A DNA stretch of 64,000 bases from Eledone cirrhosa (lineage: Eukaryota): NCBI GenBank assembly GCA_964016885.1, contig OZ024742.1, forward strand, positions 193,998,001 through 194,062,000, given 5' to 3'. Below are positions 1 through 12,626 of this stretch, piece by piece; the stretch's first letter is position 1, and each line of letters starts with the position of its first letter. Both the position numbers and the translations under genes were made by a program. The notes beneath the pieces are model-generated. The model searched no databases. It worked only from the letters and a program-made list of their open reading frames with translations, and was not told the DNA's origin.

Positions 1-3000
1 ACATTACGGCAGGCCTGACTTATTTATAACTTTTACTTGTAACCCCAATTGGAAGGATATTGAGGGCGAACTCCTTCCAGCTCAGAACGCCTCACGCCGA
101 CATAATCACGCGGCTAGAGTATTCCGTCTTAAGTTACTTAAGCTTATGGATCTTATCAAAATAGGTTAGGTTTTCGGACCAGTTCAATGTGACATGTACA
201 CAATCGAATGGCACAAAAGGGGCCTCCCCCATGCTCATATTCTTATTTGGCTGACAACAAAGGTTAGTCCTAACGACATTGATAGGATCATCTCTGCAGA
301 ATTATCCGATCCTCCCACTAACAAGGACTTGTACATGAAAGTTAGGGCACATATGTTGCATGGACCATGTTGGTCTGGCTTTAGAACTGATTTACCATGC
401 GTTACAGGCAATAAAAGATGCACTAAAACATGACCCCGTCAATTTATTCGCGATACTCAGACTGGCAATGATGGCTACCCATTATATAGACGGAGGCGAC
501 GTGAAGAGGGAGGTTTTACGGCCAGGGTTAAGAATGGCGAGGTTGACAACCGATGGATCATTTCCTATTGCCCTCTCTTGCTCAGAACTTTCAACGCACA
601 CATTAATGTTGAATTCTGCAGCTCCGTCAAGTACATCAAATACATTAGTAAGTATATTAATAAGGGTTCTGACGCTGCTTCGTTCGGTATACTCAACGAA
701 AACAATAGAGACGAAGTAACGCAATTCCAAGTGGGGCGCTACAGCGAGGCCTTTTGGCGAATCTTCGGTTTTCCAATACATGATAGGCACCCTTCAATTG
801 TAAAATTAGATGTACACCTAGAACACGGTCAACGGATGTACTATACCAACAAAAATGCCGCTGAATTGGCACAACCCCAAGGGAGACAACTTTAACTGGA
901 TTTTCCAAACTGTGCGAATACGATGACTTCGCAAAATCCTTGCTGTATCCCCAGGTGACATAATACCACACATGGAATAAAACATGGAGTCGCAGAAAAA
1001 CTGGCCAACCAGTTATTGAGGTTCCCGGGATCAAATTCACTAATTGCTTGGAGCGAGTGTATACGATTCCACCAAATCAACACGAGTGCTTCTATATTCG
1101 AATGCTACTGCATGAGGTCAAAGGACCGACCAGTTTTCAGGACCTCAGAACAGTAATCGTGTTTGGTCTACATACAGAGATGCCTGTTTAGCTCGTGGAA
1201 TGCTTGGAGATGACTCTCGATTGGATGCAACCTTGACGAGGATCGCTTCATCACACTTAGCTGGAGGCCTACTAGAGTTCTTTGCAAAGTGTCTTCACTT
1301 ATGTAACAATTGTGAACCCTAAACATTATGGTTGAAGTTTCGGAACCAACTGTCTGAGGACTTCCTGCACCAGGCTGAACTACTACTTCCTGACATAGAA
1401 GTAGATTTGAGTGATGATTTATACAATAAAGAGCTTATAGACATAGAGGACAGGATTTTCCTTATGGGTTGGAATGCCTTGCCAGCATACGGTCTGCCAC
1501 AAACCCACCGCACTGATTCTAATAAAATTCCCACTCTCATCATCCAAGAAACATCTTATGATGTCGACACTCTAGCTAGATATGTGTTTGAAATGGAACC
1601 AAAACTTCTTCCCGATCAGCAATTTGCATACAACACTATCACCAACTATGTATTTCATCGATGGGGTGGCATCTTCTTTCTTGATGACCCTGGAGGCACT
1701 GGAAAACCCTTTGTTACTAAACTTCTTCTTACCCAAGTTAGACAGAATGAAGTTATTGCAATAGCCGTAGCATCATCTGACATTGTAGCTACACTACTTC
1801 CTGGCGGCAGGTCAGCACACTCTACCTTTAAGCTTCCGCTTAACTTGGTATCAGCTGAAACACCGCTCTGTGACATCACCGAGGATAGTCCAAGAGCAGA
1901 ACTGCTACGACGGTGCAAACTGATTGTGTGGGATGAATGCTACATGGTTCACAAATGAGCTATTGAGGCCTTAGATAGAACACTGAAAGACATTAGAGAC
2001 CGTCAGGAGACCATGGTGTAACTATTTTGCTTTCAGGAGACTTTCGACAAACTTTGCCGGTTATTCCAAAGGGCACCAGAGCGGATCAAGTTCGGGCCTG
2101 CCTGAAGTCTTCTCCATTGTGGCCACAGCTAACAACACTTCGTCTGACCACTAACATGCGTGTTCAACTGCATGGCGATACTGTGTCTGAAAAATTTGCT
2201 GAAGACCTTCTCATACTTGGCGACGGCAAAGTACCTTCAGATGTGGATGGAGACATTACATTCGACAATATATGCTGTTTGGTTAACATTATTGAAGATC
2301 TCAAGGCAGCCGTTTTTCCCAGCTTGGTAGATAATTACCGCAATCATACATGGCTGTGTGACAGGGCTATATTAGCTCCTACAAATGTCATTGTCTCCGC
2401 CATTAATCGCCAAATGCTTGAAAGTCTTCCTGGAAATGATAAGAATTTTAAGTCTATTGATACCAATGTTGATGCACATGATGCGGTCAATTATCCCATT
2501 GAATTCCTCAATTCATTGGATATTTCCGGTCTACCTCAACATATTTTGTCTCTCAAAGAAGGATGTCCAGTTATATTTCTCAGGAGTATAACTGCTCCCA
2601 AGCTTTGCAATGGTACACGCCTTGTTGTCAATAGGATGTCACAGCACATTATTTATGCTACGATTATGTCGGGTGTGGAAAAGGAGATGTTTTAATACCT
2701 ATGGTAACTCTTACTACATCGGGAGTGGATGCACCCTATTCTTTTAAAAGAACCCAATTTCACCCTCGTGCTGCATTTGCTATGTCCATCAACAAGTCCC
2801 AGGGTCAGACTTTATCTGTGGCAGGCCTTCACCTGGAGGAGCCATGTTTTTCACATGGTCAATTCTACGTTGGATGTTCTCGAGTTGGCTGCCGGAACAA
2901 CCTCTTTGCTTTTGCTCCAAACAGAAAAAAAAAGAATATTGTATACCGTGAGGTTTTATAGGGTTTTATTTTTGGTTCAAAACGGCAATGTTACACCGAC

Positions 3001-3901
3001 TGCCTTAAATATATAGCGTCTACGAAACCTGTATTCAACATCGGTGCAGTGCATTCTATTGACACCTAGGCCTCTAAGGACCAGCATTGCTCGCAAATCA
3101 AAGCGGACTTTGAAATCGATGCTTTCGATTGTTAAGGACGCCACTCCAGTCGCTGACAAGTCAGGCGTTTAATACATAGACACACACAACTTGGCGCATA
3201 CATACAACGATTGTTCCCTCATTTCTTTCATTGTTTCAATATGCATTCCGACCTAGACAACACGCAACAACAGCATTTCTGGTGCATCGAAGTAAATTTT
3301 AGTCATCATTCTCAATTGCATTTGAAGATGCAATGGAAGAAGAATTTCTGTTTTGTTAATTTCAGCGAGTCTTTTTGGTGAATATGGCTTTTGCTGCAGC
3401 TGTCCATTTCGCATGGTCTGGCTGTCTATAATCTGTCCGACAAACTCACCATGGGTATGTTATGAGCTCTTCATAATTTATACTTAAACATCTACGCTAT
3501 TACATTGTCAATATTTTTTATCACAGGTGCGAACCTCTTTGATGCTGCCTGCCCCCTCGACTTTGGATAACGCATTTTTATTTTGTTTTTCATGTCCATC
3601 CAATTTTTTTGTTTCAAAATAACTGATAGTTTGGTTACCCTGATGTTTTTCTCCGAGACAACTTTCGATTTTTACCAGTGCAGTTTTTATTCCCAGCATC
3701 CTCTTTTTTTTTAACATTCGGTTTATGGTTATTTTTTCTTACCTTCATAAGGCATGCTGTTGGTTGAGGAATATTAATCAAAAGTACCACAGGAAAGTCT
3801 ACACTGTATACTTTACAGTTTTAAACCATGAAAGGAACTTAACATTGTAACTTTAACACAGTTACTGAGCAGCTCCGAGCAACGCCGGGCTTTACTGCTA
3901 G
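1..3901 (+). mobile_element. Decayed autonomous Helitron (5' end lies outside the window)
   Basis: RepHel coding remnants at 2-2961, then a 3' terminus: imperfect GC hairpin CCGAGCAACGCCGG (3875-3888) followed by CTAG (3898-3901) and T. Confidence 0.9.
2..2961 (+). pseudogene. Helitron Rep (HUH) / PIF1-like helicase, broken by frameshifts and stops
   Basis: Rep motifs FITFTCNP, EWHKRGLPHAHIL and KYISKYINKG; helicase motifs PGGTGK, LIVWDE, LSGDFRQ, AMSINKSQGQTL and FSHGQFYVGCSRV, spread over several frames. Confidence 0.95.
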
Positions 3902-4127
3902 TATATGCTATAGAGATTTCTGATTAAAAACAAGAATGGAATTAATATAATAATAATGAATTTATTTTGTCTGATATTGAGCAGGGCCGTGATTAGTTTT
4001 TCGCGAATTATATGATATTAGATGTACTTCAACATATACTAACTTATAAGAATATTAACAATATAACTATATATGTGAATACTTACTGTAGAACGGGAAA
4101 ATCTTCTAATGAATGTTTATATAATTC

Positions 4128-4192
<65 letters not shown>

Positions 4193-4426
4193 TATGCATG
4201 TATACGTACATACATATATGCATACAGACGTACAGTAGCATGCACATAAATATATATATATACATATATACACACATATGCATACAGGTACACATACATA
4301 TATGCACGTATCAGTTTAGCGGCGCTAACGTCGCTTTGTTCGTTTGTAAACAAACTGAACAGCCTGAATTTATGCCATACGGTGTTAAGGCAACCACGTC
4401 ACCTTTTTGTTCAACACTGACACAGG

Positions 4427-4471
4427 AACGATGTACTAGTTTCAAGCTTGTTAGCTATCATCAGCACCGTT
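4427..4471 (-). ncRNA. Minimal type I hammerhead ribozyme
   Basis: Reverse complement of the 5779-5823 motif. Confidence 0.85.
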
Positions 4472-4886
4472 TACCCATCTGCCAGATAGTTGAACGTTCG
4501 AAAGTATATACTTTCCTTATGAAAATTAACGGCTGAGCAGCCTAATTTGCATATTGAGTGAGTTAAATCGGTCAGGCATACCGAAAACGATAAATTGAAA
4601 CAAAATGAAAACGAAATTTCATTTCTCACTCTTAGTATGGCACTTACTTAAATGTAAGTATGCATGTATACGTACATACATATATGCATACAGACGTACA
4701 GTAGCATGCACATATATATATACATATATACACACATATGCATACAGGTACACATACATATATGCACGTATCAGTTTAGCGGCGCTAACGTCGCTTTGTT
4801 CGTTTGTAAACAAACTGAACAGCCTGAATTTATGCCATACGGTGTTAAGGCAACCACGTCACCTTTTTGTTCAACACTGACACAGG

Positions 4887-4931
4887 AACGATGTACTAGT
4901 TTCAAGCTTGTTAGCTATCATCAGCACCGTT
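4887..4931 (-). ncRNA. Minimal type I hammerhead ribozyme
   Basis: Reverse complement of the 5779-5823 motif. Confidence 0.85.
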
Positions 4932-5778
4932 TACCCATCTGCCAGATAGTTGAACGTTCGAAAGTATATACTTTCCTTATGAAAATTAACGGCTGAGCAG
5001 CCTAATTTGCATATTGAGTGAGTTAAATCGGTCAGGCATACCGAAAACGATAAATTGAAACAAAATGAAAACGAAATTTCATTTCTCACTCTTAGTATGG
5101 CACTTACTTAAATGTAAGTATGCATGTATACGTACATACATATATGCATACAGACGTACAGTAGCATGCACATATATATATATATATATACATATATACA
5201 CACATATGCATACAGGTACACATACATATATGCACGTATCAGTTTAGCGGCGCTAACGTCGCTTTGTTCGTTTGTAAACAAACTGAACAGCCTGAATTTA
5301 TGCCATACGGTGTTAAGGCAACCACGTCACCTTTTTGTTCAACACTGACACATCGTTCCTGTGTCAGTGTTGAACAAAAAGGTGACGTGGTTGCCTTAAC
5401 ACCGTATGGCATAAATTCAGGCTGTTCAGTTTGTTTACAAACGAACAAAGCGACGTTAGCGCCGCTAAACTGATACGTGCATATATGTATGTGTACATGT
5501 ATGCATATGTGTGTATATATGTATATATATATATATATGTGCATGCTACTGTACGTCTGTATGCATATATGTATGTACGTATACATGCATACTTACATTT
5601 AAGTAAGTGCCATACTAAGAGTGAGAAATGAAATTTCGTTTTCATTTTGTTTCAATTTATCGTTTTCGGTATGCCTGACCGATTTAACTCACTCAATATG
5701 CAAATTAGGCTGCTCAGCCGTTAATTTTCATAAGGAAAGTATATACTTTCGAACGTTCAACTATCTGGCAGATGGGTA

Positions 5779-5823
5779 AACGGTGCTGATGATAGCTAAC
5801 AAGCTTGAAACTAGTACATCGTT
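5779..5823 (+). ncRNA. Minimal type I hammerhead ribozyme
   Basis: AACGGTG-CTGATGA-tAGCTaacaAGCTt-GAAA-CTAG-TA|CATCGTT: 7-bp stem I, palindromic stem III ACTAGT, GUA cleavage site after 5816. Confidence 0.88.
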
Positions 5824-6244
5824 CCTGTGTCGGTGTTGAACAAAAAGGTGACGTGGTTGCCTTAACACCGTATGGTATAAATTCAGGCTGTTCAGTTTGT
5901 TTACAAACGAACAAAGCGGCGTTAGCGCCGCTAAACTGATACGTGCATATATGTATGTGTACCTGTATGCATATGTGTGTATATATGTATATATATATAT
6001 ATATGTGCATGCTACTGTACGTCTGTATGCATATATGTATGTACGTATACATGCATACTTACATTTAAGTAAGTGCCATACTAAGAGTGAGAAATGAAAT
6101 TTCGTTTTCATTTTGTTTCAATTTATCGTTTTCGGTATGCCTGACCGATTTAACTCACTCAATATGCAAATTAGGCTGCTCAGCCGTTAATTTTCATAAG
6201 GAAAGTATATACTTTCGAACGTTCAACTATCTGGCAGATGGGTA

Positions 6245-6289
6245 AACGGTGCTGATGATAGCTAACAAGCTTGAAACTAGTACATCGTT
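6245..6289 (+). ncRNA. Minimal type I hammerhead ribozyme
   Basis: Identical to 5779-5823; cleavage after 6282. Confidence 0.88.
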
Positions 6290-6654
6290 CCTGTGTCAGT
6301 GTTGAACAAAAAGGTGACGTGGTTGCCTTAACACCGTATGGCATAAATTCAGGCTGTTCAGTTTGTTTACAAACGAACAAAGCGACGTTAGCGCCGCTAA
6401 ACTGATACGTGCATATATGTATGTGTACCTGTATGCATATGTGTGTATATATGTATATATATATATATATGTGCATGCTACTGTACGTCTGTATGCATAT
6501 ATGTATGTACGTATACATGCATACTTACATTTAAGTAAGTGCCATACTAAGAGTGAGAAATGAAATTTCGTTTTCATTTTGTTTCAATATATATATATAT
6601 ATATATATTAAAATACAAATATTAATAAAATACATGTTCTTTTTATCAATTACA

Positions 6655-6704
6655 TTTGATTATATATATTTCAGATGTACAACAGTAAGTCCTCATCAGA
6701 CAAA
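6655..6704 (-). ncRNA. Hammerhead ribozyme motif (somewhat decayed)
   Basis: TTTGT-CTGATGA-GGActTACtgttGTAcaTCT-GAAA-TATATA-TA|ATCAAA. Confidence 0.65.
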
Positions 6705-7302
6705 ATATAATGATGCATGGCATACCCTGAGATGTTAAATGGTTAAGATTTAATCAAGGTAGTGATTAACCTAAGAGAAAGTTTAACATGTATACCCTTA
6801 TAATGAGAAAATGCGAAAACGTAATAAATTCAATAGAGAATGTGTGAGTAAGAAAAACGTTGCTTAATGTAACAGTTATAGAGATTTTAAAATGTATGAT
6901 ACTACAATTTATCAGGGAAAGCGGTAAATGAGAGCCACTGAGATAATATATATAGAGAGAGGGAATATATGTAGAAGGAGATTTTTCGAAAGTTAAACGG
7001 TTAAGTTTGAAAATATTTAATTTATTCTATTTTAGGGTGAAGAATCAAAATGTTCGGGGGAGGGGGGGGGTTAAATTGGTGGTTATTTATTAGTTTTGTA
7101 AATTCAGTAAGTGTTTTAACATTTCTAAACTTCGGAATTTTATGATGATAACTTTTAAAGGATTTAGCTGGCCAGCGGAAAATAAAGTTTACACTGTCGA
7201 ATATTTTTCTAAATGTAAGCTTTACCGGAGTTATTCATTGTCAAAATATATGGTATGTAAATCTTATGAAGTATTTATTGTTAGAAATATTTAAATAACT
7301 AT

Positions 7303-7390
<88 letters not shown>

Positions 7391-7397
<7 letters not shown>

Positions 7398-7635
7398 ATT
7401 ATGTAATAAACAACATAAGGCAATTATTCCATTTACCAGTGGTTTCTTAAAAGCAAAAGGTTTTGCTTTCAATCCTCAGAATGAAAAATCCTGGTTTGTT
7501 TATTGAATATTGATTCTATTCAATAAACAAACCAGGATTTTTCATTCTGAGGATTGAAAGCAAAACCTTTTGCTTTTAAGAAACCACTGGTAAATGGAAT
7601 AATTGCCTTATGTTGTTTATTACATAATAATAATA
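7391..7635. repeat. 245-bp perfect palindrome (7-nt loop) with one HHR per arm, inside a (TA)n-flanked insertion
   Basis: Arms 7391-7509 and 7517-7635 are reverse complements; loop TTGATTC. Confidence 0.9.
7540..7599 (+). ncRNA. Type I hammerhead ribozyme (mirror copy at 7427-7486, minus strand)
   Basis: TTTCATT-CTGAGGA-TTGAAAGCAAAAccTTTTGCTTTTAA-GAAA-CCAcTGG-TA|AATGGAA; all three stems pair; GUA site. Confidence 0.85.
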
Positions 7636-7697
7636 ATTAAGCTCTGTTGCTTACATAGAGCACTCTTTTTTCCTGGACTTTTCCGATGGAATTACTT

Positions 7698-7731
<34 letters not shown>

Positions 7732-8333
7732 TGAGCCTGTATATTTTAGGTAAATGATAACGAAAATAAAAATAAGATAATATATTTAGGCATGCTAAAG
7801 TTAAATATATACGTGTATATAAAAGGGTGTAAATGCATTGATTATTCATAGCTCAAAATAAATGATAATCAATAAATTTAACTAAGCATGATGTATACAT
7901 GGAGGTTTATATGAATATAAATTAGGTATTATTGATACAGTATACTTTAGGTAAGTGATAACGGTTATCATGTTATATAATAAGGTTCGAAACGTCTTAT
8001 AATTAAATATATATATATATATATATAAGTAAAGCAAGGCAAGTTTACACTGTTGAATATTTTCCTAAATATAAACTTTACCGAAGATAATCAATTGTCA
8101 ACATATGGCATGTAAATCTTATGAAGTACTTATTGTTAGAAATATTTAATTAACGATTATGTATATAGATAATTATTAACGAGCCAGTATATTTCAGGTA
8201 AATAACGAAAAAAATATAATAGATTGAGGCATGCAAGTTTAAATATATACCAATATAACAGGGTGTAAATGCATTAATTATTCATAGTTCGAAATAAATA
8301 ATAATCAAAAACACATGAAAAATTCACAGTTAG

Positions 8334-8415
<82 letters not shown>

Positions 8416-8540
8416 GAATATATGTATAATATATTTGGCACTATAATCTATGGTAAATTAAATATATTTTGGAGATCTTGCGCTATTACTTTAAAGTAGT
8501 GACTATGTCACTTACTTCTTTTTTCAACAAAAAAGGGAGA

Positions 8541-8586
8541 TAATCTGACGGATCTGTTTCACACTGTTGGTGATCATCAGAGCTTA
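8541..8586 (-). ncRNA. Minimal type I hammerhead ribozyme
   Basis: TAAGCT-CTGATGA-tCACcaacaGTGt-GAAA-CagatccG-TC|AGATTA; GUC site; stem I has one mismatch. Confidence 0.75.
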
Positions 8587-9104
8587 GTACTCGCCGATGT
8601 TTGTTGAAAATTATAGATGCTGGATTCCTATAGATTTCTCGTAACAATCAGCAACTGGTTATACAGAACGATTGCCGGTCCAGCAAAAATTGAAAATTAG
8701 GATTGGTGCTCTGAAATAGCGATGTATACATGAATATATGTATCGTATATTTGGCTATATACTGTGTGCTTGATTAAAAACATTTGTAAAACCTTGCGCT
8801 ATATACATATATTCAAGTTTAACCTAGAAGTTAATGGTAAAAAACAAAATAAATTTAATCAAGGTTTCTGTGCCGTGACAAGCAACACGAATCTACGGGG
8901 TTGAGAAGCGAGTTCTTTAACTACAATCATGCCTGCACATACTGAGAAATGGGGACGTGAAAATGAATTTCATGGCTTACAACATATTGAACAATTATTC
9001 TAACCTTTAAGGTGTCTTCACAGTACATTTGATTGAATATAGAATTATATGAGCATTAAACAACGATGTTGCTTCCATGTAGGGAAGTTAATAAAAAGTA
9101 ACAT

Positions 9105-9620
9105 AATAAATGGCACAAGGGCAGCAATTATCGCAGTGCATTACTGGTACTTTATTTTATCGACCCCCGTAAGGATGAAAGGCAAAGTTAACCTAGGAAT
9201 AATAATGGTTTCTGATTTAGGCATAAGGCCGACAATTTAGTGGAGGGGAAATTCGAGTATATCGATCCCAGTGAATTACTGTTTTATTGAGCCCTTATGG
9301 AAAAGTTCACCTCGAAGGTATTTGAACAGAAAACGTAAAATCTGTATGTTGTCCAACACTCTACTGATATTACCAATACACTGTCCTATGGAATACCATA
9401 ATGGTTTCTGATTTAGGCGCAAGGCCAACAATTTTGGGAAGGTGAAATTTGAGTAAATCGATCCCAGTGCATTGCTGGTACTTTATTTTGACGACGCCGT
9501 AAGGATGAACGCGAAAGCTAACATCAGTGGGATTTGAACTCAGAACGTAAATGAACGTAACTCTATGCCGCATGGCATGTTGTCCGATGCTCTACTGAAC
9601 TGCCAATCCAACGCCCTATG
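9105..9620 (-). mobile_element. Cluster of three tandem SINE copies
   Basis: Repeated motifs gcataaggccgacaattt...atcgatcccagtg...ctggtacttattttatcgacccc...ggatgaaaggcaaagtt; reverse complement of the family at 12119-12312. Confidence 0.75.
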
Positions 9621-10140
9621 AAATATCATAATAACAATGACGTGTGTGTATTGTAATTTCTACAGCATTGAAAATGAATAGTTTGTCGGTGGGCCCACGG
9701 TGAGGAAGGCTACATATTATACTGACCGGTATAGTATGAGTATTTTAGTATGAGGACAATAATAAAACCAGCCACAGTACAAGCAGATGTAGTGAATTTA
9801 ATTAAGAGAAAATATTAAATATGTTCAAAGTAAGTTAGCAGAGACTACAAAATTAAATTATCTCGTTATCCATCAGCAAATATATATTTCGCCTAGTGAA
9901 CATTTTTCATTCTTGATGATGCAGTATATCCTAAAAGCCAGCACCTCATGTTAACAATGAGTGGATATGGCTAACAATGAACGTTTCTCAGACTGGCACT
10001 GTGTCAAGGAACAAAATACAAAGACCGACTATGTATTATACGGTCACCGTAGGCTATACACGTGAAGATAATTACGGCTGCAAAATAGATGGGAGAGAAT
10101 TGCTAGAATGAAAGAGGAAATTCCTAAAATGTATTTCCAA

Positions 10141-10229
10141 TTCTTCTTCTTCTTCTTCTTCTTCTTCTTCTTCTTCTTCTTCTTCTTCTTCTTCTTCTTC
10201 TTTTTCTTCTTGTTTTTCTTCTTCTTCTC
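10141..10229. repeat. (TTC)n microsatellite
   Basis: Direct reading. Confidence 0.95.
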
Positions 10230-10789
10230 ATGGATGTTAAGCAACCATGTTGCTTGGAGTCTAACCTGGGTCCCCTGTTGGTTGGTTTTGCACGTAAAAT
10301 CTGTGCAGGAATTCTTTCCTAAGCGATTAGTTTTATTCGTTTCATTCATTAGACTGCTGTTTGCCGGACTGATAAGTTTCTCTATATAAACATACAAAAA
10401 TCTGGTTTCCCGCACACACGCATGAGTACATTTTTTTTTTTTTATCAAGGTATATCTGTAGAACTCCGTTGCAGATCTTTTCCTTTTTTAAATCCACTTA
10501 AGTTCTGATGAAATACGATGTGTATGAGAATAGTAATGGCTTATTGTACTGTGTGAGCTATGAGAGGAGTGGGGATTAACGGGCTGTGCCACTGCTTCAT
10601 ATAATATCCCGGTAGTTTACAAATGTCATCTCAGCTCTCTGCAGTCATTGTATGTTTTTGTCAAGAGCTCTTAAATTTTAGGGTATCCAATGATGCGTAC
10701 TGAGCAACGAACAAACCTGACGTTTTTGGTCCGCCGGTGAAAATTCCGGAATACTTCAGCATGTGAACTGAGATAAGACGATGTCACAC

Positions 10790-11336
10790 TCAAGGATTCA
10801 AAGACGGACGCTAGGCCGTGGAAGATGACCTCATGGTCGGAAGGATTTCAACGAGCATGACTAAGGCCAACGTTGGTTGTGTGAGGCATTGGGAGGGGGG
10901 GGGGGCGTAGCGATCGTCGCCTGACTGTTTGACTGATCTCAATGAGCTGGACATAAATCGTGAGAACAGTTGGAAGTTTATCACCGAAGATTTGGGCACA
11001 CAGAAATCTGGGCGAAGATGGTGCCGAAGCAGCAGAACGAGGACCAGATGAAGCGGTGCATGTATATGTGTCAGGACATGCTTGAGCATCTTGGAACCGA
11101 ACAAGACTCGCTGGAGAGTTATCACCAGTGATCTTCGTTTATCGGACGTGGCATCCATTTAGAGCCCTGTAACGACGGAGTTGCGCAGAATCCCGGAAGA
11201 TTGCTTCCATGAGTGAATGAAGGCGTGGCGTAATAAGGGGGATTATTTCGAAGGGGATAACTTCAAATTTTTTGTTTGGATTGGAAATATTTTTGGGCGA
11301 CCCCAGTCCTGTTTCTTTTTTGACGCACCTCATATA
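10790..11336 (+). mobile_element. Mariner-type (Tc1/mariner) DNA transposon remnant, internally deleted
   Basis: Degenerate transposase peptides (FKDGR...EDDLMVGRIST, KMVP, RVITSD, GDYFEGD) and a mariner-like 3' TIR end ttttttgacgcacctcata. Confidence 0.7.
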
Positions 11337-12014
11337 TGTTAGACATCCTTTCAATTGAAGAACAACAGGCTGAAGGTTATTTAACGTATAACACCACGTT
11401 AATAACTGATGCTACTTCCTTATTATTTCAATCGGCACTAAATTTTATATATTCTATTGTACATTTGCCTATTTTCCTCCAACGGTTAAACATTTTCTAT
11501 ATTGTTTTAAATTATCTAAAATAAAAATTGACTTTTTCTTTAGCAAATTTTTATTTACATACATTCTTTGTTGTGAATCCGATTTGTCACAGGAGTTGCT
11601 TAATGTAATTTCCAGTGAACGAAGATCTCGAAATTTGAAAAAAAAAATTTTCAGAAATTAGATTCGTTTCACTTCATCTCGCTGAAGTTTTTGCAGTCAA
11701 ATTGATGAAAGAGATCTGTACACACACTCAAACACACTTATACTCTCACACACACACCCATACACACAATAACACACACATATATGAACACACGAACACA
11801 CACACACACGGGCGCGCGCGCACACACGCGAACACACACACACACGCACCTACATATATATATATATATAATATGGTATAAGAATGGACTAATATAACTC
11901 CTTAAATAGCTCAAATACTATACAGGCTAAAATCTATAATTTGATTTTCAGTTTTCCAAAATCAGTCAGTTGTCTATTTCATTCACTTTTCGATTATTCC
12001 GTCTTACATTATTA

Positions 12015-12312
12015 CGCCGAGGTTAACTTTGACTTTCATCCTTACGGGATCGATAAAATAAAGTTCCAGTAATGCATTGAGTAATTGCTGACTTTGTGCC
12101 AACAGTAGAAACAATTATTACGGTGGATTAGCAGTATCGTTAGAGGATCGGACGCCATGTTCTGTAGCAAAGAGTTACGGCCCTTTATGATCTGAGTTCA
12201 AATCCCGCCGAGATTAACTTTGCCTTTCATCCTTACGGGGTCGATAAAATAAAGTACCATTAATACACTGGAATAATTGCTGGCCTTGTGCCAAAAGTAG
12301 AAACAATTATTG
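12015..12312 (+). mobile_element. Two tandem tRNA-derived SINEs (truncated 12015-12118; near full-length 12119-12312)
   Basis: B-box-like gagttcaaatcc; body ttaactttgcctttcatccttacggggtcgataaaataaagtacc; tail gtagaaacaattatt. Confidence 0.8.
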
Positions 12313-12362
12313 CAATTTAATCGTTTGCTCCCCCGATCATTTTAGTCGTCCCTATGTGTGTG

Positions 12363-12399
<37 letters not shown>

Positions 12400-12475
12400 C
12401 GAAGGAAATATGGTAAGGAACCAGGTGGACCATAACGCACCAAAGTACTCAATACTTATGGTAGTAGAGTGGGTA

Positions 12476-12559
12476 ATAGGAACGAGTAAGACCCCGACGG
12501 CTGAGCTGAAGCCGTTTCGACGGCTTGAGCTCAGCCTACGGGGTCTTACTCGTTCCTAT
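12476..12559. repeat. 84-bp near-perfect hairpin containing the 3' half of an HHR
   Basis: Arms pair around a TTCG loop (12516-12519). The minus strand reads GAAA-CGGCT-tcagctc-AGCCG-TC|GGGG (stem III plus GUC). Confidence 0.75.
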
Positions 12560-12589
12560 ATATATATATTAAAAGAATAGAGGTGTAAC

Positions 12590-12626
<37 letters not shown>

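Larger units (their letters stand above)
4189..6588. mobile_element. Retrozyme-like tandem array (460-466 bp unit, one HHR per unit) folded into a 2.4-kb palindrome between (TA)n tracts
   Basis: Left-arm units start at 4191, 4657 and 5117; right-arm cleavage-to-cleavage units start at 5351, 5817 and 6283. Arms 4189-5352 and 5360-6527 are reverse complements around a 7-nt spacer TCGTTCC. Non-coding. Confidence 0.85.

Noticed and set aside
4189-6588. CRISPR array or plain satellite interpretation
   Set aside because: No repeat-spacer structure; whole units are near-identical, eukaryotic in context and ribozyme-bearing.
6673-6690. tttcag...gtaagt micro-exon
   Set aside because: The sequence is better explained as the antisense of the HHR at 6655-6704.
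4083-6738. Many overlapping 60-116 aa ORFs (YIYI/HICI-rich)
   Set aside because: Products of TA/CA microsatellites and of the repeated non-coding unit; no protein motifs. The same applies to YIYI, SLSL, FLFL and poly-K ORFs elsewhere.
7950-8005. HHR-like CGAAACGTC
   Set aside because: Upstream core reads GTGATAA and stems pair poorly; too decayed to call.
12119-12210. tRNA gene
   Set aside because: Only degenerate A/B boxes at a SINE head; no cloverleaf.
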